From the NCBI RefSeq assembly GCF_009914755.1, contig NC_060926.1: 64,000 nucleotides of DNA. The stretch is one strand, 5' to 3'. Both the position numbers and the translations under genes were made by a program. The notes below the pieces were generated by a model. It saw only the letters and a program-made list of their open reading frames with translations. It did not search any database and was not told the DNA's origin. This document shows positions 36,209 through 61,344 of this stretch, one piece after another (position 1 is the stretch's first letter; each line of letters opens with the position of its first letter). Source of the DNA: the human T2T-CHM13v2.0 reference genome, Homo sapiens.

Positions 36209-37465
36209 GGATGTTCGCAACCCCTTTTGTGTATCTCGTTGCCAGAAGTAAGGAGTCTCTCTTTAGTCTTCTCCCTTCTTGTTTCTAACTGCTCTGCCGC
36301 ACGTCCCCATTGGCCGCAAGCAGGAAGCAGCTCGCAGTGGACTCTCAATACCCCTTTTCCGAGCTACTTGTTGCCACCGCGCGACATCCAGCCGCTCGAA
36401 CTCGGACATCCACCCACTGCGTCCTTCTAGTGCTCTTCTTAGGCGGGTCCTGTAACTGCACCTAGTCCCGGACCACAGGAGGGCGGATGGAGGTGGCGAG
36501 GCGCTCCACTGTGGCGGGGTCCCTAGCTGGCCGTGGGGATCGAATATTCTACAGGGCACTTCATTCTACAGTGTGAGCCCGAGCTCCCGGTGCGGAGATG
36601 AGGCCTGGGGCCGGTCCGCTGCCCCTCGCCCCCGGGCGGGGCCCAAGCACCGCCGACCATTCCCAGGCGTTGGGGCCCGAGGCCTAGCGCGGGGCGTCCG
36701 GGGAGCTGTGGGGAGACCTGGGGCGGCTGTTTTCCGCCCTTGTAACTCGTGATGAGTTCTTCCCCCTCGCTTCTGTCTGCAGAGACCAATAAGACTGCGG
36801 GCCCTTCTCCTCAACCCAGGCGCCCAGCCGTCCCTGGGCAGATTTGCAGTTTGGGGAATGTGCTCGGAGAGTTCCCCTCCCCATCATGTGCCCCTTCTCC
36901 TAGCGGCACGTCACAAATCCTGGTTCAGAAGTCCTCCCGGGGGCCGGGAAATCAGGCCAAGTGGTCGCCGGCGGATGCGCCCTGCCCCACATCGCCAGGG
37001 GGGGTAGGCAAAGCGGGCACAAGCTTAGTTAAGGGATGGAAAGCCTCCTGGACGTGTTCTTTCAAAGGGGAGATTTTCAGCTGTTTTCATGGACGGGATC
37101 GTTGCTAGATTTTGGGTGGAAATATTACCCCGCGAGTGGTGAAAATCAAGACCTAGAACGTTCAGAGAAATGGATGGAGGGCGGAGCTCTTGTCTATCTC
37201 CTGCGCTAGCCCAGGCTTCGGTTGCTCTCACCCATCCAGCCCCTCGATGCAGAACAGGAACCCTATGCCAACTGGAATGTGGGAAGGGCCGCCCACTTCC
37301 CCTCGTCCTGGTGCCGGGTTCCTCGCCAGCCCCGGGGAGGTCGCCTCTGGCTCACAGACATCCTCAGAGGCATGGGATAGGTCCCCTGTAGAAATGCAGC
37401 CCAGGCTTAGAAACAAATAAAATCTCTATCCATTAAAAAAGAATAATAATAATAATAAAAAAATA

Positions 37466-40516
<3,051 letters not shown>

Positions 40517-41859
40517 TCACTCTCCATTATTCTCCAACACAGAGGTAGGTGCCAGCTGCCTTGATTCACTGGCTTGCTTTGCTGTTTTCTTTATCCCAGG
40601 CTCATTTCAGTCATTTGTACCCTACAGATATTGAGTGTGTGGCCTCCATATGGGTAAAGGGAGGGAATCCTGTTGAACTCTCAGTAGGTCAGAACACAGC
40701 CAGAGGGCTGTGATCTGTAGAAACAAGCTCATTTAAAATTCAACAAAACGAAACCAAAGCCCAATTCTTTATTATGGAAAATTTCAAACATACACAAAAG
40801 TAGAGAGAACAGTATAGTTAACCCCCATGTTTCCACTTTTAAAGAATTGTCAACATTGTTTTATCTATATCCTTCCCACAACATTCACCCCTTACCTCTG
40901 GAATATTTTAGAGGAAATCCTAGATATGGTTTAATTTAACCTGTCAAAACTTCAGCATATATACCCAACAGGTAATCACTTTTTTAAAAAAGCATAACCA
41001 TGGTATCATTATTACACCCAACAAGAGTAATAATAATTACTTAGCTTCATCTCATACCTCATCTGCTTTCAAATTGCTACCCATATCTCTGAAAAATATT
41101 TTTACAGAAGATTGGTTTGTTTGAATCAAGATCCAAATATGGGCTGTCCTTGGCATTTGATTGGTGTATCCTTTAAGATATTTAAAGGATAAATCTCTTT
41201 TAATCTATTCGAATTTCCTCTCTTTTCACCCCCTTTTATGACATTTCTTTGTTGACCTTTAGAATTTCCCACAGATTTTGGCTAATTGCATGCTCAAGGT
41301 TTTCTTCAGCCCCATGTTCTTCAATCCCTCATGGCAATTATATCTAGAAGCTTTATAATATTCAGATTATTTTTCCCCCAAAATATATTCTAGATGGTAC
41401 TGTGTGCTATTGCACCACAAAAGAAAGTACATAATGTCTGGCTGTCCCACATTTAGAAATATGGCTTTTGATTGATGATTTCAGCATGGTCAGCAGAATC
41501 CATCCATTATAAAATCCTTCATCAGCCTCTAATCCTTCATCAGCATGGTTGGCTGAATCCATCCATTATAAAGTCCTTCACCAGCCTCTAACCTAATGTT
41601 TTAGCAGCCGTTGATTATCTTGGTCTAAATCTATTATTTTTATTGAGGATTCCCCAATGGTGCTTTTCTAATTCTATTATTCCTTCTGTATTTATGACTA
41701 TGGAAGCACAATTCACATAAGAAAGACTGGATAATTGCTTGATTCTTTCTCTTTTTCCACCAATCTTTGATTCCCTAATAATTTCTAAAGATAACCAATA
41801 AGTTTTAAATTTTAAAGCTTTTCTGAGTTATAGTTTATGTACAATGAATTGCATTAATA

Positions 41860-44600
<2,741 letters not shown>

Positions 44601-45527
44601 AACCTCTTTTTACAATTTATTTTTATTTTTTTGAGATTTTAGTTTTACCTTTCCTATGGTGCTGATAAAAACTCTTTTGTTAATGCGTATGTTCTTTCCC
44701 TTTGAAAGTTTCATTCTGCCCTTCCCTCTGTCTAAGACTAAGGTCTTTTCACTCATTTCCTTTTAATCTTCATTTTTTCTCTACATTTATTTTTATCTTA
44801 TCTTATCTTATCTATTTTCTTCTTCCTTTTAACTTGAACTGTAAAACTGAATTACCTTTAATTGCCTGTATTCTCCCTGCTGGTTGAGTGCCCCACCCTG
44901 GGGGTACAGGCCGGCAGTTGGTGTAGAGGCTAAGCTCTGGGAAAGCCTGGTGGGGTAAGGAGCTTTGCTTCCTTATTTTGGTTCTCAGTCTTTCCCCACA
45001 AAGTCTTTGGCACGACAGCTTCTGACCTTAGTGATCTAGGGGACTAGATGCCTCTCCATTTCTTCTAACAATAGGTCATCCATGGTGACTGTGGTTGAAA
45101 CTCCAAGGAACATGGATCCTGGAGAAGAAAGGACTGAGGATGGATTTCTGAGCTGCTTTCAAATATTTGTGAAAGAAGAAATGGTCGTAGACAGTGTTGC
45201 CCTAGAGAAAAGAACATGAGCTTAGAACTAGAGCCTGTGGGTGATGACCACAAGGAGGCAAACTTATTTTTAAAGTGATTAGCACTGTTGAGAAATGGGA
45301 TGGGTTGACTGATGGAATGCATTTCCCAGATTTAAAAGTGATTGAGGCTGAGTGACTGAGGCTGATGCCTGTGGTACCAGCACTTTGGGAGGCTGAAGTT
45401 GAAGGATCACTTCAGCCCAGGAGCTCAAGACCAGCCTGGGCAACATAGTGAGACCCTGTCTCTATCAAGAAAAAAGTGATGGAGCAGAAGCTGGGATATT
45501 GGAGAAGAGAGTCTTGCATTGGCTGGG

Positions 45528-48251
45528 AGGTTGCTTTGGGTAGTATGGACATTTAACAATATTAATCCTTCCAATCCAGGAACGTGGAATATTTTTCCAT
45601 TTTTTAGTGTCCTCTTCAATTTCTTTCATTAGTTTTTTATAGTTTTCATTATAGAGAGCTTTCACTCCTTTGGTTAATTCCTAGGTATTTAATTTTATGT
45701 GTGGCTATTGTAAATGGGATTACTTTAAAAATTTCTTTTTCACATTGTTCACTGTTGGCATACAGAAATGCTACTGAATTTTGTATGTTGATTTTGTATT
45801 CTGCAACTTTACTGAATTTTTTTAATCAGTTCTAATAGTTTTCTTGTGGAGTCTTTAGGTTTTCCTAAATGTAAGATCATATCATCTGCAAACAAGGATA
45901 ATTTGACTTCTTCCTTTCCATTTTGGATGCCCTTTATTTCTTTCTTTTGCCTGATTGCTCTAGCTAGGACTTCCAGTAATAAGTTGAATAACGGTGGTGA
46001 TAGTGGGCATCCTTGCTGTGTTCCAGATCTTAGAGAAAAGACTTTCAGGTTTCCCCCATTCAGTGTGATACTAGCCATGTGTCTGTCATACATGGCTTTT
46101 ATTATGTTGAGGTGTGTTCATTCTATCCCCAGTTTTTTGAGGGTTTTTATTATGAAAGGATGTTGAATTTTATCAAATGCTTTCTCAGCATCAGTTGAAA
46201 TAATCATATGGTTTTTATCTTTCCTTCTGTTGATATGATGTATCACATTGATTGATTTTTGTATGTTGAACCATCCTTGCTTCCCAGGGATAAATCCCAC
46301 TGGTCGCCATGAATTATCTTTCTAATGTATTGTTGAATTCGGTCTGCTAGTATTTTGTTGAGGATTTTTGCATCAATATTCATCAGAGATACTGGCCTGT
46401 AGTTTTCTCTTTTTGATGTGTCTTTGTCTGGGTTTGGTATCAGGGTAATACTTGCCTCATAGAATGAGTTTGGAAGTATTCCCTCCTCCTCTGTTTTTTG
46501 GAATATTTTGGGTAGGATTGGTATTAGTCTTTTAAATATTTGTTAGAATTCAGCAGTGAAGCCATCAAGTCCTGTGTTTTTCTTTTCTGGGAGACTTTTT
46601 ATTATGGCTTCAATCTTGTTGGTTGTTATTGGTCTGTTCAGGTCTCAGATTTCTTCCTGGTTCACTCTTGGTAGGTTGTATGTATCTAGGAATTTGTCTA
46701 TTTCTTCTAGATTTTCCAATTTATTGGCATATAGTTGCTCGTAGTAGCCGCTAATGACCCTTTGAATTTTTGTGATATCAATTGTAATGTCTCTTTTTAA
46801 TTTCTGATTTTATTTATTTGAACTTGCTCTCTTTTTTTTCTTACTTAGTCTGGCTAAAGGTTTGTCAATTTTGTTTAACTTTTCAAAAAACAAACTTTCT
46901 GTTTCATTGATCTTTTGTATTTTTAAAATTTCAATTTTATTTCTGCTCTGATCTTATTTCTTTCTATGTATTAATTTTTGGTTTGTTTACTCTTGCTTTC
47001 CTGGTTCTTTAAGATGCATTGTTAGATTGTTTATTTGAATTTTTTCCTCTTTTTTGATGTGGGCACTTACAGCTATAAACTTCCCTGCTAGTACTACTTT
47101 TGCTGTATCCCATAGGCTTTGATATACTGTTTCCATTATCATTTGTTTCAAGAAGTTTTTCAATTTTCTTCTTAATTTCTTCATTGACCCACTGGTCATT
47201 CAGGAGCATATTGTTTAATTTCCATGTATTTGTATAGTTTCCAAAATTCCTCTTGTTATTAATTTCTAGTTTTATTCCATTGTGGTCAGAGAAGATGCTT
47301 GATGTTATTTCAATATTTTTAATGTTTTAAGACTTGTTTTGTGACTTAGCATATAGTCTATCCTTGATAATGATCCATGTGCCAAGGAAGATAATGTGTA
47401 TTCCGCGGCTCTTGGATGAAATGTGCTGTAAATATCTATTAGAGCCATTAGGTCTATAGTGCAGATAAAGTTGATGTTTCTTTGTTGAGTTTTTGTATGG
47501 AAGATCTGTTTAATGCTGAAAGTTGTGTATTGAAGTCTCCAGCTATTATTGTATTGGGGCCTATCTCTCTTTTTAGCTCTAATAATATTTCCTGTATATA
47601 TCTGGGTGCCCCAGTGTTGGATACATTATATATTTAAAATTGTTATATCTTTTTGCTGAATTGACTCCTTTGTCATTATATAATGACCTTCTTTGCCTCT
47701 TCTTATAGTTTTTGCCTTGACATCTATTTTGTCTGATATAACTATAGTGACTCTTGCTCTTTTTTTGTTTCCATTGGCGTAAATACCTTTTTCCATCCCT
47801 TTATTTTCATTCTACATGTGTCTTTACAGGTGAAGCGTGTTTCTTGTAGGCAACAGATCAATGGGTCTTGTTTTTTTTTTTTTTTAACCCATTCAGCCAG
47901 TCTGTGTCTTTTGACTGGAGAGTTTGTTTATTTACATTCAATGTTATTCTTGATAAATAAGGACCTGCCTCTGCCATTTTGTTATTTGTTTTCTTGTTGT
48001 TTTGTGGTCTTCTCTTTCTTCTTTCTTTCATTCATATACTCCTCTAGTGAAGTGATTTTCTCTGGTGATGTGATTTAGTTTCTTGCTTTTTATTTTTTGT
48101 GGTAATTTTTTCTGCCATTTTGTTATTTGTTTTCTGGTTGTTTTGTGGTCTTCTCTTCCTTCTTTCTTTCATTCATATCTTCCTCTAGTGAAGTGATTTT
48201 CTCTGGTGATATGATTTAGCTTCTTGCTTCTTATTTTTTTGTGGTAATTTT
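45528..48251 (-). mobile_element. L1 (L1PB/L1MA-like) ORF2 fragment covering the endonuclease and RT regions, disrupted
   Basis: [76 protein letters not shown] and LLNDQWVNEEIKK match L1 ORF2p. Confidence 0.95.
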
Positions 48252-48399
48252 CAAATGTCTTAATAAGAATTTTCTTTAGAAGGAAGAAGCTAAACCAAAA
48301 ATTATTGTAATCTTTCAATCTGTTAAACTGGCCTAGGGATAAAGTCAGGGTGTCCTTCCCTGTGGTTTTGTAGAAAGCCTGGCCCCTCCATGAGCACAC

Positions 48400-49287
48400 C
48401 TGCCATATCCACTTGGAGGACTCATAGGCAGCTCAAAGTTAACATATTCAAAAACACAACTTTTGCTTTTTTCTTCTCCCAAACCTGCTCTTCCCCTAGT
48501 CCTTCCCATTCCACAAAATGATCCTTTCATCCATTCACCTGATTCTACCTGAAAAACTTGGCAGACAGCTTTGGTTGTACGCTTCTAACTCCTCCTACAT
48601 CTAATCCATTAGCAAGCTCTGTGTCTTCCTCCAATCTGTTTCCTGAATCCTTGCCCTTCTCCCCATCTGCAGTTTCTGTTATGTCCCACTTAGACGATTG
48701 CAGGAGCCTCTTAACTGGCTTCTAACTTCCACTTCTTGTCCCTCTTCAATCCTTTCTCCATACAGAAGCCCAAATTAACCTTTAATGACACAAGTCAGAC
48801 TCTGCCATTTCCTTGCTTAATACCATCTATGGTTTTCCACTTCATGCAGAATAAAATGCAAAGGCCTACAGTGGTCCAGAAGGCCCCCACGTGTCCGCAT
48901 TGGCTGCTGCCCACCTTGTCAGCCTCAGCTCCCGTCGCTCTGTCCCAGCTTGCTATGCTCCACCTGCTCTTGTCTTCCTAATTCTTGTTTCTGCCTTGGG
49001 GCTTCTGCAATGGCCATTCCTTCCCCAGGAACAGCTTCCCCCACATCTTAGGATGGCTAGCTGCTCAACCATCAGGACTCAGTCAAATATCACCTTCTCA
49101 GAGATGCCTTTGAACATAGTCTCTCCCCATCAAATTATTCTGTTTGTCTCTTTCTTATTATATTTACTATGATCTAAATTTATTACACTTTTATACAAGC
49201 ATTAATTGCTTATCTTGCATCACTAGGATATCAGTTCCTACTGTGCCAAGCTAGTAGGTACTCAACAAATATTTAATGAGTGAATGG
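48400..49287 (+). mobile_element. L2 3' region
   Basis: CATATCCACTTGGA...AAACCTGCTCTTCCCC...TAGGTACTCAACAAATATTTAATGAGTGAATG, a typical L2 end. Confidence 0.75.
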
Positions 49288-50285
49288 CAGAAGGTGGAGA
49301 AGCAGCACATGGGCACAAACTCTAAAGCAGAGAAGAGGGCATATGTCCAGGTGCTTCGGGTGTGCTTTGCAGATTCAGGGCTGAAGCCTGGTGTTTAGAG
49401 AGTTCTTTTCAGTCTTTCCAAGGTCTCATCCCTAAGCACGTGCGTGCCCTGCCTCAGGTGGCCTCCTGACTGGCTGAATAGTAACGCTCGTACTACATGC
49501 CAATGAGAAACCACAGCCTGAGAGTGTTGGAGCCGTGGCTCGCAGACATTGATGTTTATAAGAATCATCTGGGGAGCTTGTTACAAAGCACGTTCCTGGG
49601 CTACGGCCCCAGAGATTCTATCAACTCTACTGATGAAGTCCTGCAGCTAGACTGAGGCAACACAAGGACTGGGTGACCATTTTGTCCAGTTTTAGTCCTG
49701 AAGGCCTCAACTTTCAGAACATTCCTCAATGCCTGGCAAACCAGGTTGGTTTGTTGCCCTAATGGAAGGTGTTCAGAGAGGCAAGGAGTAGCTGATGAAG
49801 TAGTGAAGAATAGTTTCCTGCAGGAGCTGAGGGGGAACGTTTCTCATCCTAGGCATTTGTTTTTGGCTGTCTTCCTGGCCTTGCCTTTGAGCCAGTCTGG
49901 GTTTCTCAGGCTCTAAGCCCAGACAGAAGGGGAAGGAAACCGTTGTTTCTTAGACACCTGCAATGAGCTGTCTGCTACTCTACATTTTTTATTATCTAAT
50001 TTATTCCTCAGAAGCCTTTCATGACTCCCATTTTAGAGACAAGACACTGAGGCTTGATAATGGTTCTGTAATTGCCCAAGCTCAGACATCTGCAAAACGG
50101 AGGAGATGGGAGCAACAAAATCCACCTGACTCAGAAACCCGGCCCTTTCTAGGTGTTTTGCTAAGGCTGGGGGCGGGGGGCAGAGATGTGGCTGGGACCT
50201 TATCTTGACAGATGTCCCTCAGTCCAGGGGGATGGGGCTCTCTCCTGGGATCTAGGGAACACCCCAGTGACTAGACAGTGAACTA

Positions 50286-53273
<2,988 letters not shown>

Positions 53274-54586
53274 GACAGTGGACTATTACAAGGATTTCTG
53301 TGGGCCCGCTCTGAGCCGCCGTTTCTGGCCGTGCAGACGGACTTCTACCACACGGTGGCGCTGCGGCTCTGCCATAGAAGGCTCCTCTCGGTCCAGGAGA
53401 CAGGCAGGGCCGGCCACAGGACCAGCCTCCGACAGCGATTTCATCCGCACCCTGCGGGGCAACGTGGGGGCCTATCCGTAGCTTTCAGCGTTTCCTGGAC
53501 CCTACCAGGACAAGAATCGCGGGGAGAGGTGCGAAGAAGGTCTGGAGAGGAGGAGGCTTGGGACAATGCAGAGTCCTGGAAGTGAGGCTGACCGCTGACC
53601 GCTGTCAGGAGGGACATGGACCGCTGCCGGGGAATCATGGGATTTCCCACCGGCCCAGTCATCTCCCACGTCGGGAAAAGGGAAGAGCTGCTTCCCCATG
53701 GCGTGTGCGCGTGGGAAGGGTCTCGGGCAGAGAAGAGGCACTTTTTCTGTCCTCCAGGCTGTTTCCGCCAAATGAAGACCTGGGCTGGAAGAGCCAGGAA
53801 CAAAGAGGAGAGTCGAGTGCTGAGCACCCAGCGGGAGAGGATGCAGCCCGGTCATCTCACACCTGCTGACCACACAACATCGTCTGCGAGTTCCCCCCAC
53901 CTACTTCGCCTGCAGCTGCCATTTGGGAAGATGACTCTTGCCTCTTTCACCGTCTGTTTTTTAGATTAGGACTCACGGGCCTAGGGCAGGAGTCAGCTCT
54001 TCCAGATCTTTATCGAAAAGTAACATCACACTTGTGCCCAGGGGTTCGAGACCAGCCTGGGCAACAGGACAAACCCCCTTCTCTACAAAAAAACCCACAA
54101 AATCTGTGTGGAAGGTGTGTGAACCCTTGGGAAACAGAGTTGCTGTACACGTGTATCAGGCCCTGAGCCAGCTGCAGGGTGGGCATTACTGCTTGGTGCC
54201 CTCCGCCCTCACTCTTCCTCCCTGGATGTTGGGGATGGCCCCGTAAACCTTGTTCATAGGGGTCCCTCGTTTTCTGAGACACCTCATCTGAGCACTGACG
54301 AGGGGACACAACTCTTGGCTGGGAAGCAGGAGACTGAGCATTGCCTTCAAGCCATCCCCACACATGTGACCTCAGTCAGCATTCTGCCCTTTCATGGGTG
54401 TCAGTTGTCTCGTCCATAAAATGGGATGATGTTCTTGTTCCAGCCGGCATACTGGATGACTAAATGAGGGAACAGGTAAGAAGCTGCATTGGAAAAAGGT
54501 ACCATTCAGCTGCAAGACATCCTTGTGCAGTTCCCCCAGGGCTAATGGGGTTTGGTTGCCCACCTGGGCTGTGTCTCTTCGTGGCG

Positions 54587-54600
54587 CCAGCAGGTGGCAG
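54587..54600 (+). promoter_or_regulatory. CTCF consensus site
   Basis: CCAGCAGGTGGCAG matches the CTCF core CCASYAGRKGGCRS. Confidence 0.6.
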
Positions 54601-56119
54601 CATTGCCTTTGCATGTGCCGGCTCCACCTCTGGCCTCTCCCAGACATGCAGCGTGTAGGGCAGGGGACCATTCTTCACCCAATTCATTTCAGGGGTCATG
54701 GGAAGGAGGGATCTGAAATGCCCTGAATGGGAAGGGCCTGGAAAGAAAATGAAAATCTCATTCCTCCCCTCAAAGAAACACAGATAAGCCAGGAGAGCAG
54801 GATCTGGTGCATGAGCCCAAGAGGGCTAATGTGACCACTTAGGCTGAAGGGGGACCTTACCTCTCTCTGCCACAACGGTGTCCCCCACCACCTGGAGGAG
54901 GGAACTGGGGATCCAGAAGGCTTGGGTCCTTGTCTTTGGTTGGAAAAGTCAGCCAGCATTGCAGTGGGGCAGCAGGAATTCCTCTATTTTTGTGTGTGCA
55001 ACAGAGTTGAAAACTTAATTCACTCTATAATTTATTTGTGCAAAAAAAAGGTAATTTCCTTATTTATGAGTCTATAATGAATCTGGCCTTTCTTCCAACC
55101 CCTGCCTGATGATAAGCGAGAAAAACAATGAAATTTTCAACTTGATTTGAACATCCTGGGGCCAGAGAGTTTAGCCGGTCTTGTTAAGTGATCTTATTAA
55201 TTTCTCTTGGATAAAATGCTTAGTTCTCAGACTGCTTTGCCCAGCTTCTCCCACTGTGGTGCTGTTGGGGTTTTGTAGACAGTCAAGGGCAGCTTGTGTG
55301 GCATCTGGTAGGAGGCATGAGTTGGGATCCTGGGGTGTGGTGTCCTCTAGACCCAGCAAGGTCCCCTGTCCCTCCTGGCCACTGATCATACTAGAAGCTG
55401 AGTTTATGAAACTCATGGTCCAGTCCCTCCTGATCTGACTAGAGCCCATGTGGCGCCCCTGGCTGGCCAGCCCTCCTGCACCTGGGCCCCTCCTCCCCAC
55501 CAAGTCTCCTAGCTGTGCCACCATGGCCCCAGTAGGGCTGCTGGCTCACAGGAATGGAAGTTGGCTTTGAAAGCTGAACTTTAGTGGTGCCTCTCCCTTA
55601 CCGGGGAGCCCTGGTGCTGGAGGCAGAGGCCGAGTTGGTTTGCAGCTGCCTGGGATGCCACTTCTTCCCAGAGTTCCAATGTGAGTTGGGGACAAGGGCT
55701 TCTTTCTCTCAGGGAGGGGTGAGTGGGCCAGTGCTTGGCTCTGCTTGTTATCCTTCTAATCCCCTTCGTACCATCCCCTGGGCAGGAAGGAGGGGACCAA
55801 CACTCTTCCTCTTCTTGCTCAGTCATCCATTACATAAAATTCCAGGGCCACACCCAAGGAGAGGGATGAGGGAATCCAGGAAACATGCTCTCAAAAGAAT
55901 AGCCTGCTTTAGAAGACTTTTGATCTGCAGCATAATCCTATTTTGCATGTCAAATACCAAACATTACCACATTTTTTCTTCTGTGCATTCTGTCTATATC
56001 AAACATTAATCCTGGTCTCTCTTTAAGCAGAGATGCATGCCTCAGGCCAATGAAGATGAAGATCATGTACCCATCAAGGCAAAAGAGAAAAGCACTGCAC
56101 TCCAACCCGGGCAACAGAA

Positions 56120-56422
56120 TTATTATTATTATTTTTTAAGAGATAGGATATCATTCTATTGCTCAGGCTGGAGTACAGTCGTGCGATCATAGCTCACTGT
56201 AATCTTGAACACGTGGACTCAAGTGCTCCTCCTACCTCAGCCTCTAGGTAGCTGGGACTAGGGGTGTGTGCCACCACACCTGGCTAATTTTTCTATTTTT
56301 TTTTCAATAGATGGGGTCTTGCTGTGCTGCCCAGGCTGGTCTTGAACTCCTGAGCTCAAGCAATCCCCTTGCCTCAGCTTCCCAAAGTATGGGGATTACA
56401 GGCGTGAGCCATTGTGCCTGGC
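56120..56422 (-). mobile_element. Alu (J-like), preceded by a short sense Alu fragment at about 56091-56118
   Basis: Alu consensus. Confidence 0.88.
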
Positions 56423-57010
56423 CCAAAATTTTTCAAATATCATCCTTTTAAGCTTCAAATGTTACCAACATTGGCGAATGCAACCAGAGGAGACATAACA
56501 CATAAAACATGGGGGGTTTATCCACAAGGAGAATTCACTATCTTGCTGGTGTTAGGATCTGTCCTTCCAGGGAGGATACGCCATGAGTCAGAAGTAGATG
56601 CCACTCAGCAAAAAAAAAAAGAAAAAAGAAAAAAAAAATCACACCCCTATGTAAAGATGGCGTGGCCCAGTTGGAACCCCTGCAGAGCTCAAGGACTCTC
56701 AAAAGGAGGCTCTTAGCCTGGGGCCAAGGCAAGACCAATTCATAGGATGAAAGGAAGGCTGTGATTGGTGGGCTCTTGTCCAGGCTCCTCATTTGTCCTT
56801 TCCTACTGGAGGAAATGTGACATGGGCAATTCAAGCCAATAGGGAACCTGGGGAAGGGGCTGGTGGTGGGTTTCATTCACTGCTTTCCCTCACGTGACTC
56901 CCTCAGGAAGGGGGTCTTACTGGGCAGGGCTGAGGCAGATGGCCACACTTACAGGTACTCACTGGCACATGTGGCTGGATGTGGGGGTGGGGTGGGGTAA
57001 ATAACCATAG

Positions 57011-58087
<1,077 letters not shown>

Positions 58088-59037
58088 CTTAATCCTATTT
58101 ATAGTGTTAGAACAATGCCTATGATATCGTAAATCAGGCTGGATGTGTACTTGCCATTTACATCCACGTATGTGTATGTTTCCATGTGAATACCTGTAGA
58201 ACTTAATGCCTGACACAGAAGGCACTCAATAGATGCCAGTTGTTCTTATCATTGGACACACAGAAACATAGACACAGACACTTAGATGAGTATATCTTCA
58301 TAAACAAAGACATAAAGACACCCCTATACCTTTACTAGATACACTTGAATTTACATTTGCAGATGCGGATATACACAGTCACACATCATAATTATAACTA
58401 ACACCTATTGGTAATTTACTATATCATAGGCATTGTTCTAACACTATAGAAAGGATTATGTAATTTCATCCTTGCAACAACTGCATGAGACAGGTATAGT
58501 TATTTACTCCCACATAGAGGTCAATTGAGTCACATAGAGGTCAACTCAAGCTCACAAAGCCAGTAATTGGTAGACTTGGGATTCAAGGCCAGGTAGTCCG
58601 GCCTCAGAGCCTGCACATGTAACCAGTGGCAATTCTGCTCACAGACACCCACTGTCTTCCACACAGTCTCAGTCATAGACCTTCACCCAGGCAAAAAGAA
58701 ATCTCCCACCTACAAGTAGATGCACTTCCATGGTCACAAAACTGACGTGGGATCCTTGCACACACGTGCGGAGCCAGAGGCTCTGTCTGAGCCTTGCAGA
58801 AACTCCTAGCATTCAGATTAACTGGTCAAATGTGATAGTGTATTTTCTTGGTGAGTGGGCTTCCAAACAGCTCTGATTCTGCACCTGTCCAGGTGTTAGG
58901 TTTATAGCCCCCACTTTTTTGAGGGACTTGGGGAGGAGGCCAGTTCTGTCTTTACCTCTAGTGGCTAAATCAAGTTTTGGCCTTGTCTGAGGGTTTCAGG
59001 ATCCCTGGTCGTTTCCCCACCTGCTTGTCTTCTGTGA

Positions 59038-60670
<1,633 letters not shown>

Positions 60671-60760
60671 GAATTATAATTTTTATATGACTGCAAGTCT
60701 GCACAATATTGAAGACAACTGAATTTAGTTATGATGAAGCCCCTCAGGGGATTCCCAATA

Positions 60761-61130
60761 GAATGAGAGTGTCTGTTGCCATTATCCTGTGTCCACTTTG
60801 TTGCTGTACGTTGGCTATGGGGGAAGATAACTTGTCTCTTTAGCTCACAGATCTTCAGGGCAAAACGAACCCTCTCTAAAGAACCACACCTGAGGGGCCT
60901 TATTTGCACCTGGACCTGAGTTAGAGGTTGAGGTCCTGGATTTGGAGCCTGAGCCCGAAGGCTTCATGGCTGATACCTTAAGGGTCTTGGAAGGTGAGTG
61001 TATTTTGCACGTGGGAGGTATGTGATTCATGGGAGGCAGAGGGCAGACATTGTGGCAGCTAGTCTTTCAAGATAGGCCTCCCGTGTTCACACCTCTAGTA
61101 TGCCCAACCATGTGTGGTCCCCTCTCTTAA
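60761..61130 (+). repeat. 370-bp dispersed direct repeat, copy 1
   Basis: Ungapped match to 63567-63936, 16 mismatches by manual count. Confidence 0.95.
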
Positions 61131-61344
61131 ATTCTGTGGATAAGCCAGTGATGTTTGGGCAAGGAATAAAGACATTTATTACATTTCATAAGTTAGTGTA
61201 TATTTACTTTCTAGAATTCACTTCTTTGCCTTAACTTCAGCAAAATTAGTAATCATGTTTTTATAATAGCAAACTCATCATTTGTGTTCCGATGACAGTG
61301 CTGATCTACAGGATGAAAGAGAAAAGGAGCTTGTGTCAGAGTTG

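Larger units (their letters stand above)
35400..37000. promoter_or_regulatory. CpG island surrounding the tRNA-Ile gene
   Basis: Very high GC and CpG density; GC boxes; (CCCCAG)n at about 35680-35701. Confidence 0.9.

Noticed and set aside
45809-47209. RT-like ORF pieces as a novel reverse-transcriptase system
   Set aside because: Fragmented ordinary L1 ORF2
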